Shown piece after piece: positions 36,602-46,665 of a stretch of 64,000 nucleotides of DNA. The translations under genes and the position numbers were made by a program. Position 1 is the first letter of the stretch, and every line of letters starts with the position of its first letter. This DNA comes from a virus (taxonomy: Duplodnaviria > Caudoviricetes): IMG/VR virus record IMGVR_UViG_3300028591_000098, positions 64,001 to 128,000 of that record; one strand, 5' to 3'. The notes below the pieces were generated by a model. That model made no database searches. It saw only the letters and a program-made list of their open reading frames with translations, and was not told where the DNA came from.

Positions 36602-37402
36602 TTGAAACAACTTAAACAATTTTGGAAAAATTTTAAGACACATATTATTTATATATTAGTATTATGTTTATTAGTGTGTGCTTTTAGTATTTCTGTTAAT
36701 AAATGTTCAAATGTAAGCAGAGAATATAGAAATAACATTGAAGCCTTGAATGATACTATTAAGTATTATCAAGACAAACATGGAAATTTGGTTGCTACGA
36801 AACTTGCATTTGAATCAGATGTTAACACACTTAAATTATTAAATAGACATCTATATGATCAAATAGATAGTCTAAAATTAAATAAGAATAATATTGCGCA
36901 AATTGTTTATGTTGATGGACAAATAGAAAATCCTCAGAAAGACACTGCTTATAAAGTTTCTCATGATACAATAAGTAGAGGTTTTTCTAAGGATTTTAAT
37001 TTTAATGACAAATATCGTATTTTAGAAGGAAATGTTGCATATAAAAATGATTCGCTTAATTTAAATATTAATAAAGATATAGTTAATTTTGATTATACAG
37101 TAGCTATGGATAAAGATAATAGAATTTATATTAAGTCAACAAATCCTTATGTAAAATATAAAGAAATAACTGGTTTTACTATATCTAAAGAAAAAGAAAA
37201 ACATTGGGGATTAAATGCATTTACAAAGTTTGCATATGAACCAAAACATAATGATAGATTTTTAGATTTAGGTCTTTCAGTAGATTATACAATTAAAAGA
37301 TTTTCTATAGGACCAACGATATATTATAATTATGATTTTTTGAATAAAGATAAAACAGTTTATTTTGGAGCATCTGCTAAAATAAATATATTAAAGTGGT
37401 GA
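36602..37402 (+). CDS. candidate spanin-like envelope protein
   Basis: N-terminal hydrophobic helix, coiled coil, C-terminal amphipathic beta strands ending in W; directly follows the lysin-like gene. Confidence 0.5.
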   Translation: MKQLKQFWKNFKTHIIYILVLCLLVCAFSISVNKCSNVSREYRNNIEALNDTIKYYQDKHGNLVATKLAFESDVNTLKLLNRHLYDQIDSLKLNKNNIAQIVYVDGQIENPQKDTAYKVSHDTISRGFSKDFNFNDKYRILEGNVAYKNDSLNLNINKDIVNFDYTVAMDKDNRIYIKSTNPYVKYKEITGFTISKEKEKHWGLNAFTKFAYEPKHNDRFLDLGLSVDYTIKRFSIGPTIYYNYDFLNKDKTVYFGASAKINILKW

Positions 37403-37407
37403 ACAAC

Positions 37408-37438
37408 ATGGATAGATTTTTAAAATCTATCCATTTTT
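37408..37438 (+). terminator. intrinsic terminator
   Basis: ATGGATAGATTTT/AAAATCTATCCAT palindrome followed by a T-run. Confidence 0.75.
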
Positions 37439-37504
37439 CATAATTATTTTTTGTGAATAGATTTATTTTTAATAAATATTATAAATAAATTTAAATATAA
37501 AACA

Positions 37505-38932
37505 ATGGATATATTTTTTGGTCAATTCGCTGTGGTGTTAGAATATTTAACTTCACAAGAAAAACAATTAAATAAAGAAATAAAATTGTTAAATCGTCAA
37601 AAAAATAATTGTGAAATTTTACTTAATACATTAGATACAACCGATCCACAATATAATGATATTAGTAAAAATTACACTAAATTAGAAACTGAATTACATA
37701 CAAAAGAAAACGAATTAGAGGCTATTAATAATGAAATTAGTAGTTTTAAAGATAATGCATCTTATGGTGGAGCAGCTAAGATTATTACTTCCCCAAAATT
37801 TAATCGTAATTTAGTATATAATGGAACTCCACAACAATTAGTATCAAATATTGGATATGCTATTGGAGGAACAATACAATTTAGATTATCAACACAACAA
37901 GAATATAGTTCAGATATACCTACAGTAACAAATGCTGGATCATATTATGTATATTATAAAGCAATAGGTATTGATGGCAGAGAAGATTCAGAAGAAGTTG
38001 AAATAAATGTAAATATTTCAAAAGCAAATTTAACTATTATTCCACCTACAGGTATTGAAAATTTAGCTTATAATGGACAAGATCAAAAATTAATTAATCC
38101 AAATACTGGTCTTGTTAATGGTGAGCAATTAATAGAATATTCTATCGATAATAGTAGTACTTATAGTAGAAATATTCCAACCGGACAAAATGTAGGAAGT
38201 TATACTATATACTGGAGAATATATACAGCTGGAATAGATACCAATAATTATAATTATAGTGAAAATGATGATAATAGTGGTCAAATAAACGTTAATATTA
38301 ACAAAGGTAATTATAATATTACTGTAACTGTTGATGATTGTATCGTCGGTAGTACTCCTAATGTAATTATAGATGGATTAGAAAGATATGGTATAGAATC
38401 TTATACTGAGGAATATAAAAAAGTAACAGATCCAGATACTGAATATTCAACAGATGTACCTACTGAAATAGGTAGTTATATTGTTAAAGTACAGATTGCT
38501 GGTAATAATAATTATAATGATTTTGTAAAAACTGTACAATTTAGAATTATGTCAGAAAATACTGATGTTCGAGTTGATGAATATTATTGGTATATAGGTA
38601 TTGATAACCCTATGGATAGTGATTCCATTTCATCTGTAGTTAATTATGATTCAACATTACCTGGTTGGAGATATATTGGAAATACTTTAGGTACTTATGA
38701 TAAAAATACTAATAAATTATGGGATGGTGATAAAAACTCTATTATATTCCCTAAAAGGTCTAACTATTATATTGCATTACCATCAAATAAATTAAATTTA
38801 TATAATACTTTTGGTGCTAATGAAATGGAAAATTGCAACTTTATAGGAACTAAGAAAATAAACGGCAACATAGATTATTATATTTATCAACGTGCTGTAT
38901 CTGTAAAACAATTTAACTTTAATATATATTAG
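37505..38932 (+). CDS. virion surface protein with coiled coil and tandem Ig-like (MBG-type) domains
   Basis: Three repeats of L.YNG..Q.L ... YS.DIPT..N.GSY.VY.K. Confidence 0.7.
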   Translation: MDIFFGQFAVVLEYLTSQEKQLNKEIKLLNRQKNNCEILLNTLDTTDPQYNDISKNYTKLETELHTKENELEAINNEISSFKDNASYGGAAKIITSPKFNRNLVYNGTPQQLVSNIGYAIGGTIQFRLSTQQEYSSDIPTVTNAGSYYVYYKAIGIDGREDSEEVEINVNISKANLTIIPPTGIENLAYNGQDQKLINPNTGLVNGEQLIEYSIDNSSTYSRNIPTGQNVGSYTIYWRIYTAGIDTNNYNYSENDDNSGQINVNINKGNYNITVTVDDCIVGSTPNVIIDGLERYGIESYTEEYKKVTDPDTEYSTDVPTEIGSYIVKVQIAGNNNYNDFVKTVQFRIMSENTDVRVDEYYWYIGIDNPMDSDSISSVVNYDSTLPGWRYIGNTLGTYDKNTNKLWDGDKNSIIFPKRSNYYIALPSNKLNLYNTFGANEMENCNFIGTKKINGNIDYYIYQRAVSVKQFNFNIY

Positions 38933-38986
38933 TTCAAATACGTAAGAATAAATAAGAAAACCAATATAAAATAAAATTATAATAAT

Positions 38987-41179
38987 ATGGCTTATATAGA
39001 TAAAAAAAATAATATTGAATTTAATTCATTTGATGGTAATTTATTTCCATTTGGTAAAAAACTTGGTAATGAAATATATAACGGTGTAAATGTTGATGAT
39101 TTAATAGATATTTATGCAGATTATGGAAAATTACCTACAACATTTAATGGACTTGAAATTGATTGGAATGGTGCAACATTAAAAAATTTTCCACAACCAA
39201 ATGTAGACACCGAAATTAATACTACACCAGATTTAGTTAATGCAATTAAATCAACCAATAATTCAACATATAATTTTATTGGTGGATATGAGGGATATTA
39301 TACTAATAGTCAAGATTTTTCTTATATATCTGGAGAATTTTCAATATTTGGAGAAAAAGTAAATAATAATGATCATTATTATATTGGGTGTATTTTATAT
39401 TATGATACTCGAAGTAATAATGAATCCCACATAGTTAGATGTGTACAATATGATAAAATAATTGAAAATACCAAATATTATGCATGGTCTAATGTAAATA
39501 CTTATCAAGGAAATTTTTATATTGTTTATACTAAAAATGTTTGGAATTTAAAAGACAATATACAAAATCCTAATAATCCTGATAAAGTATATTATTGTTC
39601 AAAAAATAATGATATGTTTGAAACAGGATATATTGTTAACAGTTATGGTTTTAGCGATAATCGAATAAGATATACCCCTGAAGAAAATGCGTTACCACTG
39701 TTTTCAATATTCACAGATAAATCTGGAAAAGAATATGTTTATGATAATAAATTTGATGAAAATACAGGGTTCATACATTCTTTAAATAATGATAATGAAA
39801 ATCCTAGTGAAGTTGGTCCACAAGGTCCAAGAGGTTATCAAGGTTATCAAGGTAATAAAGGTGATACAGGTATTGGACAACAGGGTCCACAAGGTAACCA
39901 AGGTGTTAAAGGAGATACTGTAACTGGTCCACAAGGTAACCAAGGTGTTAAAGGAGATACTGTAACTGGTCCACAAGGTAACCAAGGTGTTAAAGGAGAT
40001 ACTATAACTGGTCCACAAGGTAACCAAGGTGTTAAAGGTGATACAGGTATTGGACAACAGGGTCCACAAGGTAACCAAGGTGTTAAAGGAGATACTGTAA
40101 CTGGTCCACAAGGTAACCAAGGTGTTAAAGGGGATGCAGGAAATGATGCAGTTACTTATGAAATACAATCATCCATTGAAAGTGTTAAGATTTTAAGCGA
40201 TCAAACATCTGTATCTAAATCTATAACTTTTAAATTTTACTCTAAGACAGGAAGTGCAGAAAAACAAAAATTTAATACCTATTTTACAATCTATACAAGA
40301 AATAGTGTTGGATTTTATTCCCTTGTTTATCCTCCTATATCTTCTGTGTATAATACTACTTCAGTATCACATACATTTGATAATATCACACAAAGTGTTA
40401 ATGCTATTGTTATTTATATTTGGGGTAATGACTCTTCTAATGTTCCAACTGAAAACCCTCAAAATTATCCTCCTGAAAATTATTCTTACCTTGCAAAAAA
40501 GGAAATTCCTATCTTAAAGGATGGCAATACTGGAGAGAAAGGAGATGCTGGTCCACAAGGTACCCAAGGTCAAAGAGGTCCTCAAGGTCCTAAAGGTGAA
40601 TCAGGTTTATCATTGGCATATCAACCATATAATTTCTTTGGTGTTGCATTACAAATCGGTATTCAAAATAAGGCGGCATATTTTAGAACAATGTATGATG
40701 TAGATACACCAGTTAAATATTATTTTGCCGAAATATCGATTCAGAACATTGGAATGGCAGTTAGATATGTACAATTTGATAAAACAATAGGAAACACTAA
40801 ATATTATGCATGGTGTTTACGTAATGATTCATTTAATGATATAAATGATAATTATCAAGATGCTAGTGAATATGTATATTATACCACAGAGGTTAAAAAT
40901 CTTACTGGTGCTTATGGTGATGTTGATGATCCAGTTGCATCACCAGTATATAGATATTCTGATATACTTGAAGATGAACCACAACCAGCATCTGTTGTTG
41001 ACGATAGTTATTTTAGTATAGAAGAATTGGATGGTTGTGCAGATGAAGATGCAGTACCATTATTTTCTATAATTTCGGATAAAAAAGGAACACGTTATAT
41101 TTATGATAATAATATTCGTGGAGATTTAGGTGTTGTACGTTCATTAAAAGATGATATAAACTATATTCTTAGTAATTAA
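38987..41179 (+). CDS. collagen-like tail fibre protein
   Basis: Gly-X-Y runs; a duplicated globular domain (VQ.DK.I.NTKYYAW...PLFSI..DK.G..Y.YDN). Confidence 0.8.
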   Translation: MAYIDKKNNIEFNSFDGNLFPFGKKLGNEIYNGVNVDDLIDIYADYGKLPTTFNGLEIDWNGATLKNFPQPNVDTEINTTPDLVNAIKSTNNSTYNFIGGYEGYYTNSQDFSYISGEFSIFGEKVNNNDHYYIGCILYYDTRSNNESHIVRCVQYDKIIENTKYYAWSNVNTYQGNFYIVYTKNVWNLKDNIQNPNNPDKVYYCSKNNDMFETGYIVNSYGFSDNRIRYTPEENALPLFSIFTDKSGKEYVYDNKFDENTGFIHSLNNDNENPSEVGPQGPRGYQGYQGNKGDTGIGQQGPQGNQGVKGDTVTGPQGNQGVKGDTVTGPQGNQGVKGDTITGPQGNQGVKGDTGIGQQGPQGNQGVKGDTVTGPQGNQGVKGDAGNDAVTYEIQSSIESVKILSDQTSVSKSITFKFYSKTGSAEKQKFNTYFTIYTRNSVGFYSLVYPPISSVYNTTSVSHTFDNITQSVNAIVIYIWGNDSSNVPTENPQNYPPENYSYLAKKEIPILKDGNTGEKGDAGPQGTQGQRGPQGPKGESGLSLAYQPYNFFGVALQIGIQNKAAYFRTMYDVDTPVKYYFAEISIQNIGMAVRYVQFDKTIGNTKYYAWCLRNDSFNDINDNYQDASEYVYYTTEVKNLTGAYGDVDDPVASPVYRYSDILEDEPQPASVVDDSYFSIEELDGCADEDAVPLFSIISDKKGTRYIYDNNIRGDLGVVRSLKDDINYILSN
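39814..40140 (+). repeat. collagen tandem repeat with 42-bp and 51-bp units
   Basis: GDTVTGPQGNQGVK-type unit x4 (one with ITG) and GDTGIGQQGPQGNQGVK x2, near-identical at the DNA level. Confidence 0.9.
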
Positions 41180-41211
41180 ATCATTTTATAAAATAAATAA
41201 TAAATTGAATT

Positions 41212-41577
41212 ATGGGATATACATATGATAATGTAGAATTTAAATCATTTGATGGTAATATATTTCCATTTGGTAAAAAACTTGGTAATGAAACATATAA
41301 TGGTGCAAATGCCAATGATTTATCAGATATTGTTACAGAAAATAATGGAAAATTGCCTACAACATTTAATGCCATTGAAATAGATTGGAATACTGCAACA
41401 CTTGATAAATCAGGAAAAAATATTAGTATTAAAACAACTCCAGAATTAATGGCATTATTAGAAAAAATGTTACAAAGTTACAAAAAAAAGAATGAATCTG
41501 ATAATAAATGGAGTTTATATTTAGGATATTTTCAACCTGATGAAAATAATCCAAATGAAGGAACATTGATATTGTAA
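41212..41577 (+). CDS. stand-alone copy of the N-terminal domain of 38987..41179
   Basis: EF.SFDGN.FPFGKKLGNE.YNG...GKLPTTFN..EIDWN.ATL shared. Confidence 0.75.
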   Translation: MGYTYDNVEFKSFDGNIFPFGKKLGNETYNGANANDLSDIVTENNGKLPTTFNAIEIDWNTATLDKSGKNISIKTTPELMALLEKMLQSYKKKNESDNKWSLYLGYFQPDENNPNEGTLIL

Positions 41578-41579
41578 AT

Positions 41580-41620
41580 AAAATAAAAAGTGGAAGTTTC
41601 GAAACTTCCACTTTTATTTT
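41580..41620. terminator. bidirectional terminator between convergent genes
   Basis: AAAATAAAA(A)GTGGAAGTTTC-GAAACTTCCACTTTTATTTT palindrome. Confidence 0.85.
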
Positions 41621-42705
41621 TATGCCAATTCAAATACTGGACGAGTATTACACTTAACAATATTTCCTCGTTTATTGATAACAAAAGGTTCTTTACCTTC
41701 CTGTACTTCAAATTCTTTAATCTTAACTTTTATCTTATTACCTGCTTTATAATCAAGTAAATCACTTGCATCTATAGGCATAAGACCAGTTATATATTTT
41801 CCATCCAATTCAATAAATACGCCTGTTTTCTTTTGTGAATTTATTATACCTGTAATTGTACCATCATATACTTCTGGAACATATGTAACATTTTCATTTT
41901 GACCAAGAAGATATTTATTATACATTTCAGAAAGATTATTCATACCCATAATTTGAAGTACTCTCTTTCTAGAACCAACCAATGAATTTTCAACTTCACC
42001 AGTTTTGAAATCTTTTCTAAACTCTACAAACTTTTGAGGAACAATAATAACATCCTTATCAATCCATTGTTCAAAATTATGCTCAATATTTAATACAATA
42101 TGAGAACCTGGAATAAATACTGAATGTGTATAATTCTTTCCAGTAAGATTATTAAGGGTTACAATAGGTGTATGACAAACAAATCCTCCTTCAACATTCT
42201 TATCAATATGAACTTCAATTCCTTCTTCCTTTTGAATTGCTTTATTAATATTAGCAACCCATGCTTTATAATATGCAGTTATTATAGAAACATAATATTT
42301 ATTATTTTTCTTTTCACGTACTTCAAAAATCAATTTGTTTCCATGATCCAAAAGATAGTTTTGAATATTATCAATACATGTTGTAAAGTTTTCCTTACAT
42401 ATAATTTCTTCTTTAACACCAGGTACATCAAATGTAATATAGTTCTTAGTAAGTTCTTTAACTGTACCTGAAATAATTTGACCAAGAGAAATTTGTGTTA
42501 CATTATTAATTGATTTATTGGTCTTTACATCTTGAGATATATCAATACCATAATATATCGCAAATGCTTTTGACAAAGGAATATTTTTATATGCTTCCTT
42601 TACATATTTAAGACGTTCTTTATCGTTCTTAAAAATTGGAAAGTCTTCATCCTTCATTATATCTGCATAGGTAAGAAGACGTTGTTTATTTGTATTATTT
42701 GCCAT
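41620..42705 (-). CDS. ribosomal protein bS1-like (three S1/OB domains)
   Basis: GQIISGTVKEL; GGFVC...VFIPGSHI...SRKRVL; GTITGI...GVFIELDG...GLMP....GNKIKVKI. Confidence 0.75.
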   Translation of the reverse strand: MANNTNKQRLLTYADIMKDEDFPIFKNDKERLKYVKEAYKNIPLSKAFAIYYGIDISQDVKTNKSINNVTQISLGQIISGTVKELTKNYITFDVPGVKEEIICKENFTTCIDNIQNYLLDHGNKLIFEVREKKNNKYYVSIITAYYKAWVANINKAIQKEEGIEVHIDKNVEGGFVCHTPIVTLNNLTGKNYTHSVFIPGSHIVLNIEHNFEQWIDKDVIIVPQKFVEFRKDFKTGEVENSLVGSRKRVLQIMGMNNLSEMYNKYLLGQNENVTYVPEVYDGTITGIINSQKKTGVFIELDGKYITGLMPIDASDLLDYKAGNKIKVKIKEFEVQEGKEPFVINKRGNIVKCNTRPVFELA

Positions 42706-42826
42706 TTATTTTTAGATTTTGTGGACTGCAAACTAGTCCGGGTTAAACATAAGTTAATTGTTAAAATTTGTTTTATAATTATAATATAGACTTTATATAT
42801 TTTAAAATTTAATAAAAATGTTAAAA

Positions 42827-43144
42827 TTAATCAGCTTTTACTAAATTATCTGAATCATCTGGTTTTTTAGGATTACCGCGTTGATCTAAAGCTTTTTGAC
42901 ATGTACCGTCATCTAACCATTCATATTCAAAAAGATCATCTTTAATTTTTACTTGACCATGAATAATATTTGGTACCTCTTTATAATCAACTTTGGTAAC
43001 TATAACTTGACGACCATCTTTAGTCATTACTGGTTTTTCATCTTGAATCCATTGATCATCTATAGGATCGCCTTTTTGTTCAAAAGCTTTTTTTAGATTT
43101 ACTTTAAATAGTTCTTCTTTAAGTAATGTTACTATATCTTTCAT
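42827..43144 (-). CDS. putative internal virion protein with leader MKDIVTLLKE
   Basis: Leader; own TTATTTTTA motif at 43166-43174. Confidence 0.6.
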   Translation of the reverse strand: MKDIVTLLKEELFKVNLKKAFEQKGDPIDDQWIQDEKPVMTKDGRQVIVTKVDYKEVPNIIHGQVKIKDDLFEYEWLDDGTCQKALDQRGNPKKPDDSDNLVKAD

Positions 43145-43179
43145 AATGATGATGAAATATTTATTTAAAAATAATTTAC

Positions 43180-43434
43180 TTATATTTTTATTGAGGTCTT
43201 ATAATCATCATTTTCCTCTTTTATCCAAACTTTACCAATAATTCCACCACGATTAATGGTATTCAAAAGATGATTTTTAAATTTTTCTTCATCATCAAAT
43301 TCTTCAATAAAATCCCAACATCCTATTTTCCATGGTTCTTCAATACAATTCCAGAATTCACAATTATTATTAAATTTATTATGAATATCTCGATCTTCTA
43401 ACCACCATTCTTCAATACAATAAATCTTCTTCAT
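43180..43434 (-). CDS. hypothetical protein
   Basis: ORF track. Confidence 0.65.
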   Translation of the reverse strand: MKKIYCIEEWWLEDRDIHNKFNNNCEFWNCIEEPWKIGCWDFIEEFDDEEKFKNHLLNTINRGGIIGKVWIKEENDDYKTSIKI

Positions 43435-43461
43435 ATTATTCTACTTCATCTATTGTAATTA

Positions 43462-43668
43462 TTAATTATTTAATGTATATTTCAAATATTCTCCTTTATT
43501 TAACCCATGTAAAAACCACCTAAAATCTTCTAAATCAGACCATTGTCCAGATGCCGAATAAAATCTACCATTTTTTTCTAAATGTGGTTCATCAAAATGT
43601 AAACAATATTTACCATCTAAATTTCTTACAATATAAACAGTTTGTGGTCTATCTAAATCTACGTCCAT
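43462..43668 (-). CDS. hypothetical protein
   Basis: ORF track. Confidence 0.65.
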   Translation of the reverse strand: MDVDLDRPQTVYIVRNLDGKYCLHFDEPHLEKNGRFYSASGQWSDLEDFRWFLHGLNKGEYLKYTLNN

Positions 43669-43685
43669 GATTATTTATTATTATA

Positions 43686-43859
43686 TTACCATTTATGTAT
43701 TAATTCGATATGTAAAGAAGGACATGTATTGCCATTTTCGTCTTTAAAACACCCACATAATTCTTTGTTAATTTCATATAATCCTTCATATGCATCAACA
43801 TAAACAACATCATTATCAGAATATTTACTTAAGAATTTTTTTATTTCTTTTATTGTCAT
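43686..43859 (-). CDS. 57-aa hypothetical protein
   Basis: Own translation MTIKEIKKFLSKYSDNDVVYV... Confidence 0.65.
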   Translation of the reverse strand: MTIKEIKKFLSKYSDNDVVYVDAYEGLYEINKELCGCFKDENGNTCPSLHIELIHKW

Positions 43860-43860
43860 A

Positions 43861-44127
43861 TTAATTAATTTTTATAAGTTTATGTGGTTGTCTTAATATG
43901 TATGGTCTTTCAACATAACTATATTTACCATTTTTATATATAAAACTTTTAGCCCAAAATTCATCTTGGTCCTTTTCATTAATTTGTATCTTAACAAAAC
44001 ATTCAGTAAATCCAATCACAGTACCTTTATGAAAACTTTCCCATCTACCATCATACCATTGGTGCATATAAACAACATTATCACCAATATTCAATTCATT
44101 ATTAAATGTATCTACCATAATTACCAA
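43861..44127 (-). CDS. small beta-rich protein, paralog of the C-terminal half of 48878..49321
   Basis: D.F.NE...GDNV...KG.V.GFT..FVKI...LR.P shared. Confidence 0.7.
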   Translation of the reverse strand: MVIMVDTFNNELNIGDNVVYMHQWYDGRWESFHKGTVIGFTECFVKIQINEKDQDEFWAKSFIYKNGKYSYVERPYILRQPHKLIKIN

Positions 44128-44309
44128 TTATTTTTCTTTTTTATTTTTTCCCAAACTTTATCATACTTTTCTTTTTCCGTCATTTTCCTTAAGAGTTCGG
44201 TAAAATCAATTTGCCAATGTTGACCTCCTTGTCTTAAAAATTCAATCTTCTTAACTTCATTCCATCTTTCAATATCAAAGGATGGATAATTTTTTGTTGT
44301 ATATGGCAT
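44121..44309 (-). CDS. hypothetical protein
   Basis: ORF track. Confidence 0.6.
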   Translation of the reverse strand: MPYTTKNYPSFDIERWNEVKKIEFLRQGGQHWQIDFTELLRKMTEKEKYDKVWEKIKKKNNW

Positions 44310-44311
44310 AT

Positions 44312-44848
44312 TTATAAAACTTTATTTTTGTAAAGACCTTCTTGTACAAACCATTCATCAATATATTTCCAATCACAAACTTTGCATTTTTCACCAAATT
44401 TGTTTTCAATTATAATATATTTCATTCCAACACTATGATCATCTATAAAATAATCAGCATATACTTTTCTGGAATTATCATTAGTACATTCTTCCCATAA
44501 CCCATTACAATTTATCCAATCTAACTTTATTCCATTATCTGTAAAAACTTTAATTGCAGGAGTTAATATATCTACAAATCCCATATTCATTCCATATTTA
44601 TCTATAGAATATTTATAAAGATCTTTACAACATATTGGGTACATATAGCTACGTTGGGTGTACAAACTCAATTTATGCCCTTCATATTGTAATTTTTTAA
44701 CGACTTCTATTGCGCCAGGAATTATTGGTCCAATGTAAGGCCATTCATCTAAACAAATAGTATTATCAAAATCAAGACATATATTTTTTGATTTTCCTAA
44801 AATTTTATAATATTTATCTGTACCGTATTCTGTATCAATCGTCTCCAT
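44312..44848 (-). CDS. HAD-superfamily hydrolase (cap-less type)
   Basis: LDFDNT motif I, YTQR motif II, RKVYADYFIDD motifs III/IV. Confidence 0.8.
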   Translation of the reverse strand: METIDTEYGTDKYYKILGKSKNICLDFDNTICLDEWPYIGPIIPGAIEVVKKLQYEGHKLSLYTQRSYMYPICCKDLYKYSIDKYGMNMGFVDILTPAIKVFTDNGIKLDWINCNGLWEECTNDNSRKVYADYFIDDHSVGMKYIIIENKFGEKCKVCDWKYIDEWFVQEGLYKNKVL

Positions 44849-45119
44849 TTACTTTATCAAATGTTTTTGCAAATAATTTAATACGTTCCTCTTCATCTAA
44901 AGATTTAAATTCAGGATATTTTTCATTAATTATCTCTGCAGCTTTAACCATGTTTTTCATTGACTCATTTTGTTTTCTGCAAGATTCATCCCATCTTTTT
45001 CTATCTTCTTCTTGTTTTTGTCGAACAATTTTGCGTCGTTTATTAAATACTGACATATCATTAATCGTTATTTTCTTTAAGCCATTTTTGAAAATACCAT
45101 AACTGTCCACATCCACCAC
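44835..45119 (-). CDS. hypothetical protein (start uncertain)
   Basis: ORF track. Confidence 0.55.
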   Translation of the reverse strand: MVDVDSYGIFKNGLKKITINDMSVFNKRRKIVRQKQEEDRKRWDESCRKQNESMKNMVKAAEIINEKYPEFKSLDEEERIKLFAKTFDKVNGDD

Positions 45120-45948
45120 CTATATCATCTTGACCAGCAGGATTAAATACTCTAATAGAAGCATTATGTGAAATCATATGTGATTTAAATTCATTAATAA
45201 TATCAAGTTGTCGTTGAATAGAATTAGCAACTGATTCATCCTTTTCACATATAACTGATAATGTAGTTTCCCATATATCAGGGTTAAATAGTTTGGTTAA
45301 TCTAACGGCATCTTCTTCTGTATTATTACCTTCATGAACACAATAATTATAAAAAGGTTTTCTACCAACAAATGCCGCCCACATATTACCTAATGAAGAT
45401 ATTTGTCTAAGTGTACAGGTATTGGTAGGAATAAGTTTCTTTCTATTTTCATCTAAAGATTCATGTACAGAAAATTGTAATCCAACTTTATCTATCTCTT
45501 TTGAAAGTATAATGAATTTTGAAAATATATTATCCATACCCTTAGGTGCAGATGTACTTACTAATAATTGTGCATTAGGATATTTTTCATGTAATAATCT
45601 AATTGCAATTTCCAAATTATCATAATTAAGCATTGGTTCACCCATGCTCATAAACATAATTTGAAATTTTTCTATATCTTTAGTATCACAATCGATAGTA
45701 TTAATACATGAATCCACCTGACTTACAATTTCTCCTCCTGTAAGATTTCTAATAAAAAATTTTCCGGTCCCGCAAAATGTACAACCAACAGGACAACCAC
45801 TCATTACAGAACAACAAATTACTGTTCTTTTTTGGTAAGAACCATATCTATAAAGAACAGCTTCAGCTATTCCTTTAGGTGAATCCCATTCAAAAACAAA
45901 TTTCTTAACATTTGTATCAGTACTTTCAAATATTTTTTCCTTAATCAT
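45061..45948 (-). CDS. RlmN/Cfr-family radical SAM RNA methyltransferase-like protein
   Basis: ICCSVMSGCPVGCTFCGTG, RNLT..EI..QV, MSMGEP..N, SVH, DIGGGCGQL. Confidence 0.88.
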   Translation of the reverse strand: MIKEKIFESTDTNVKKFVFEWDSPKGIAEAVLYRYGSYQKRTVICCSVMSGCPVGCTFCGTGKFFIRNLTGGEIVSQVDSCINTIDCDTKDIEKFQIMFMSMGEPMLNYDNLEIAIRLLHEKYPNAQLLVSTSAPKGMDNIFSKFIILSKEIDKVGLQFSVHESLDENRKKLIPTNTCTLRQISSLGNMWAAFVGRKPFYNYCVHEGNNTEEDAVRLTKLFNPDIWETTLSVICEKDESVANSIQRQLDIINEFKSHMISHNASIRVFNPAGQDDIGGGCGQLWYFQKWLKENND

Positions 45949-45984
45949 AATAAATTATTTTATCTCTATTATTTCTTATTATCT

Positions 45985-46647
45985 TCATTCTAATTTAAAT
46001 TTACTTCCAAATATTTCCATTAATGTATTAAATTCCCAAACATTATCAATATCTGCTGTACCTATAGTATCGCATGCATCATTATCTATATGTAAATGCC
46101 ATCTGGTTCCTCTATTAGTCCATCCATTATCAATAGTTAATTGTATTTGACTTGATTTTTTTATAGGAATCCATTTGCGAAATATTTTAAAATCAGTTAT
46201 TCCATAATTATTTTTTTGAACTTCACCAAGTAATTTTGTTTGATCATTTAATAATTCAAACCCATTTTCAACTAACATTTCTGATGTAATATTTGTAAAT
46301 CTGTCACATTCTGATTTTTCAGATTGTATATACTCCACAAATTTACACATATTGTCATAATCTTCATGTTGTTCTCTATATGTGGTTGAAGATATCAAAC
46401 GTATTTCATAATCATCTTGCAATAAATCAGAACAAGTTATATTTGTATCTTTCAATAAATCAGAAATTATATATTTATCTACATATCTTTTAAAATCTGT
46501 ATAGTATATAAATTCATAGTTTTTTCCAAATTCATATATACCATTATCGTCTTGATATCTTGCAAACATATCATTTACATCAAAGTCTGTAACTCTAATT
46601 GATGATATTATGTTATTCTTATTTACAAGTCCAAAAAATGTGCTCAT
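45985..46647 (-). CDS. hypothetical protein
   Basis: ORF track. Confidence 0.7.
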   Translation of the reverse strand: MSTFFGLVNKNNIISSIRVTDFDVNDMFARYQDDNGIYEFGKNYEFIYYTDFKRYVDKYIISDLLKDTNITCSDLLQDDYEIRLISSTTYREQHEDYDNMCKFVEYIQSEKSECDRFTNITSEMLVENGFELLNDQTKLLGEVQKNNYGITDFKIFRKWIPIKKSSQIQLTIDNGWTNRGTRWHLHIDNDACDTIGTADIDNVWEFNTLMEIFGSKFKLE

Positions 46648-46665
46648 TCTTTTAATAAAATTTAT

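Noticed and set aside
39814-40140. CRISPR-like or non-coding repeat
   Set aside because: Tandem units with no unique spacers, encoding collagen Gly-X-Y in frame.
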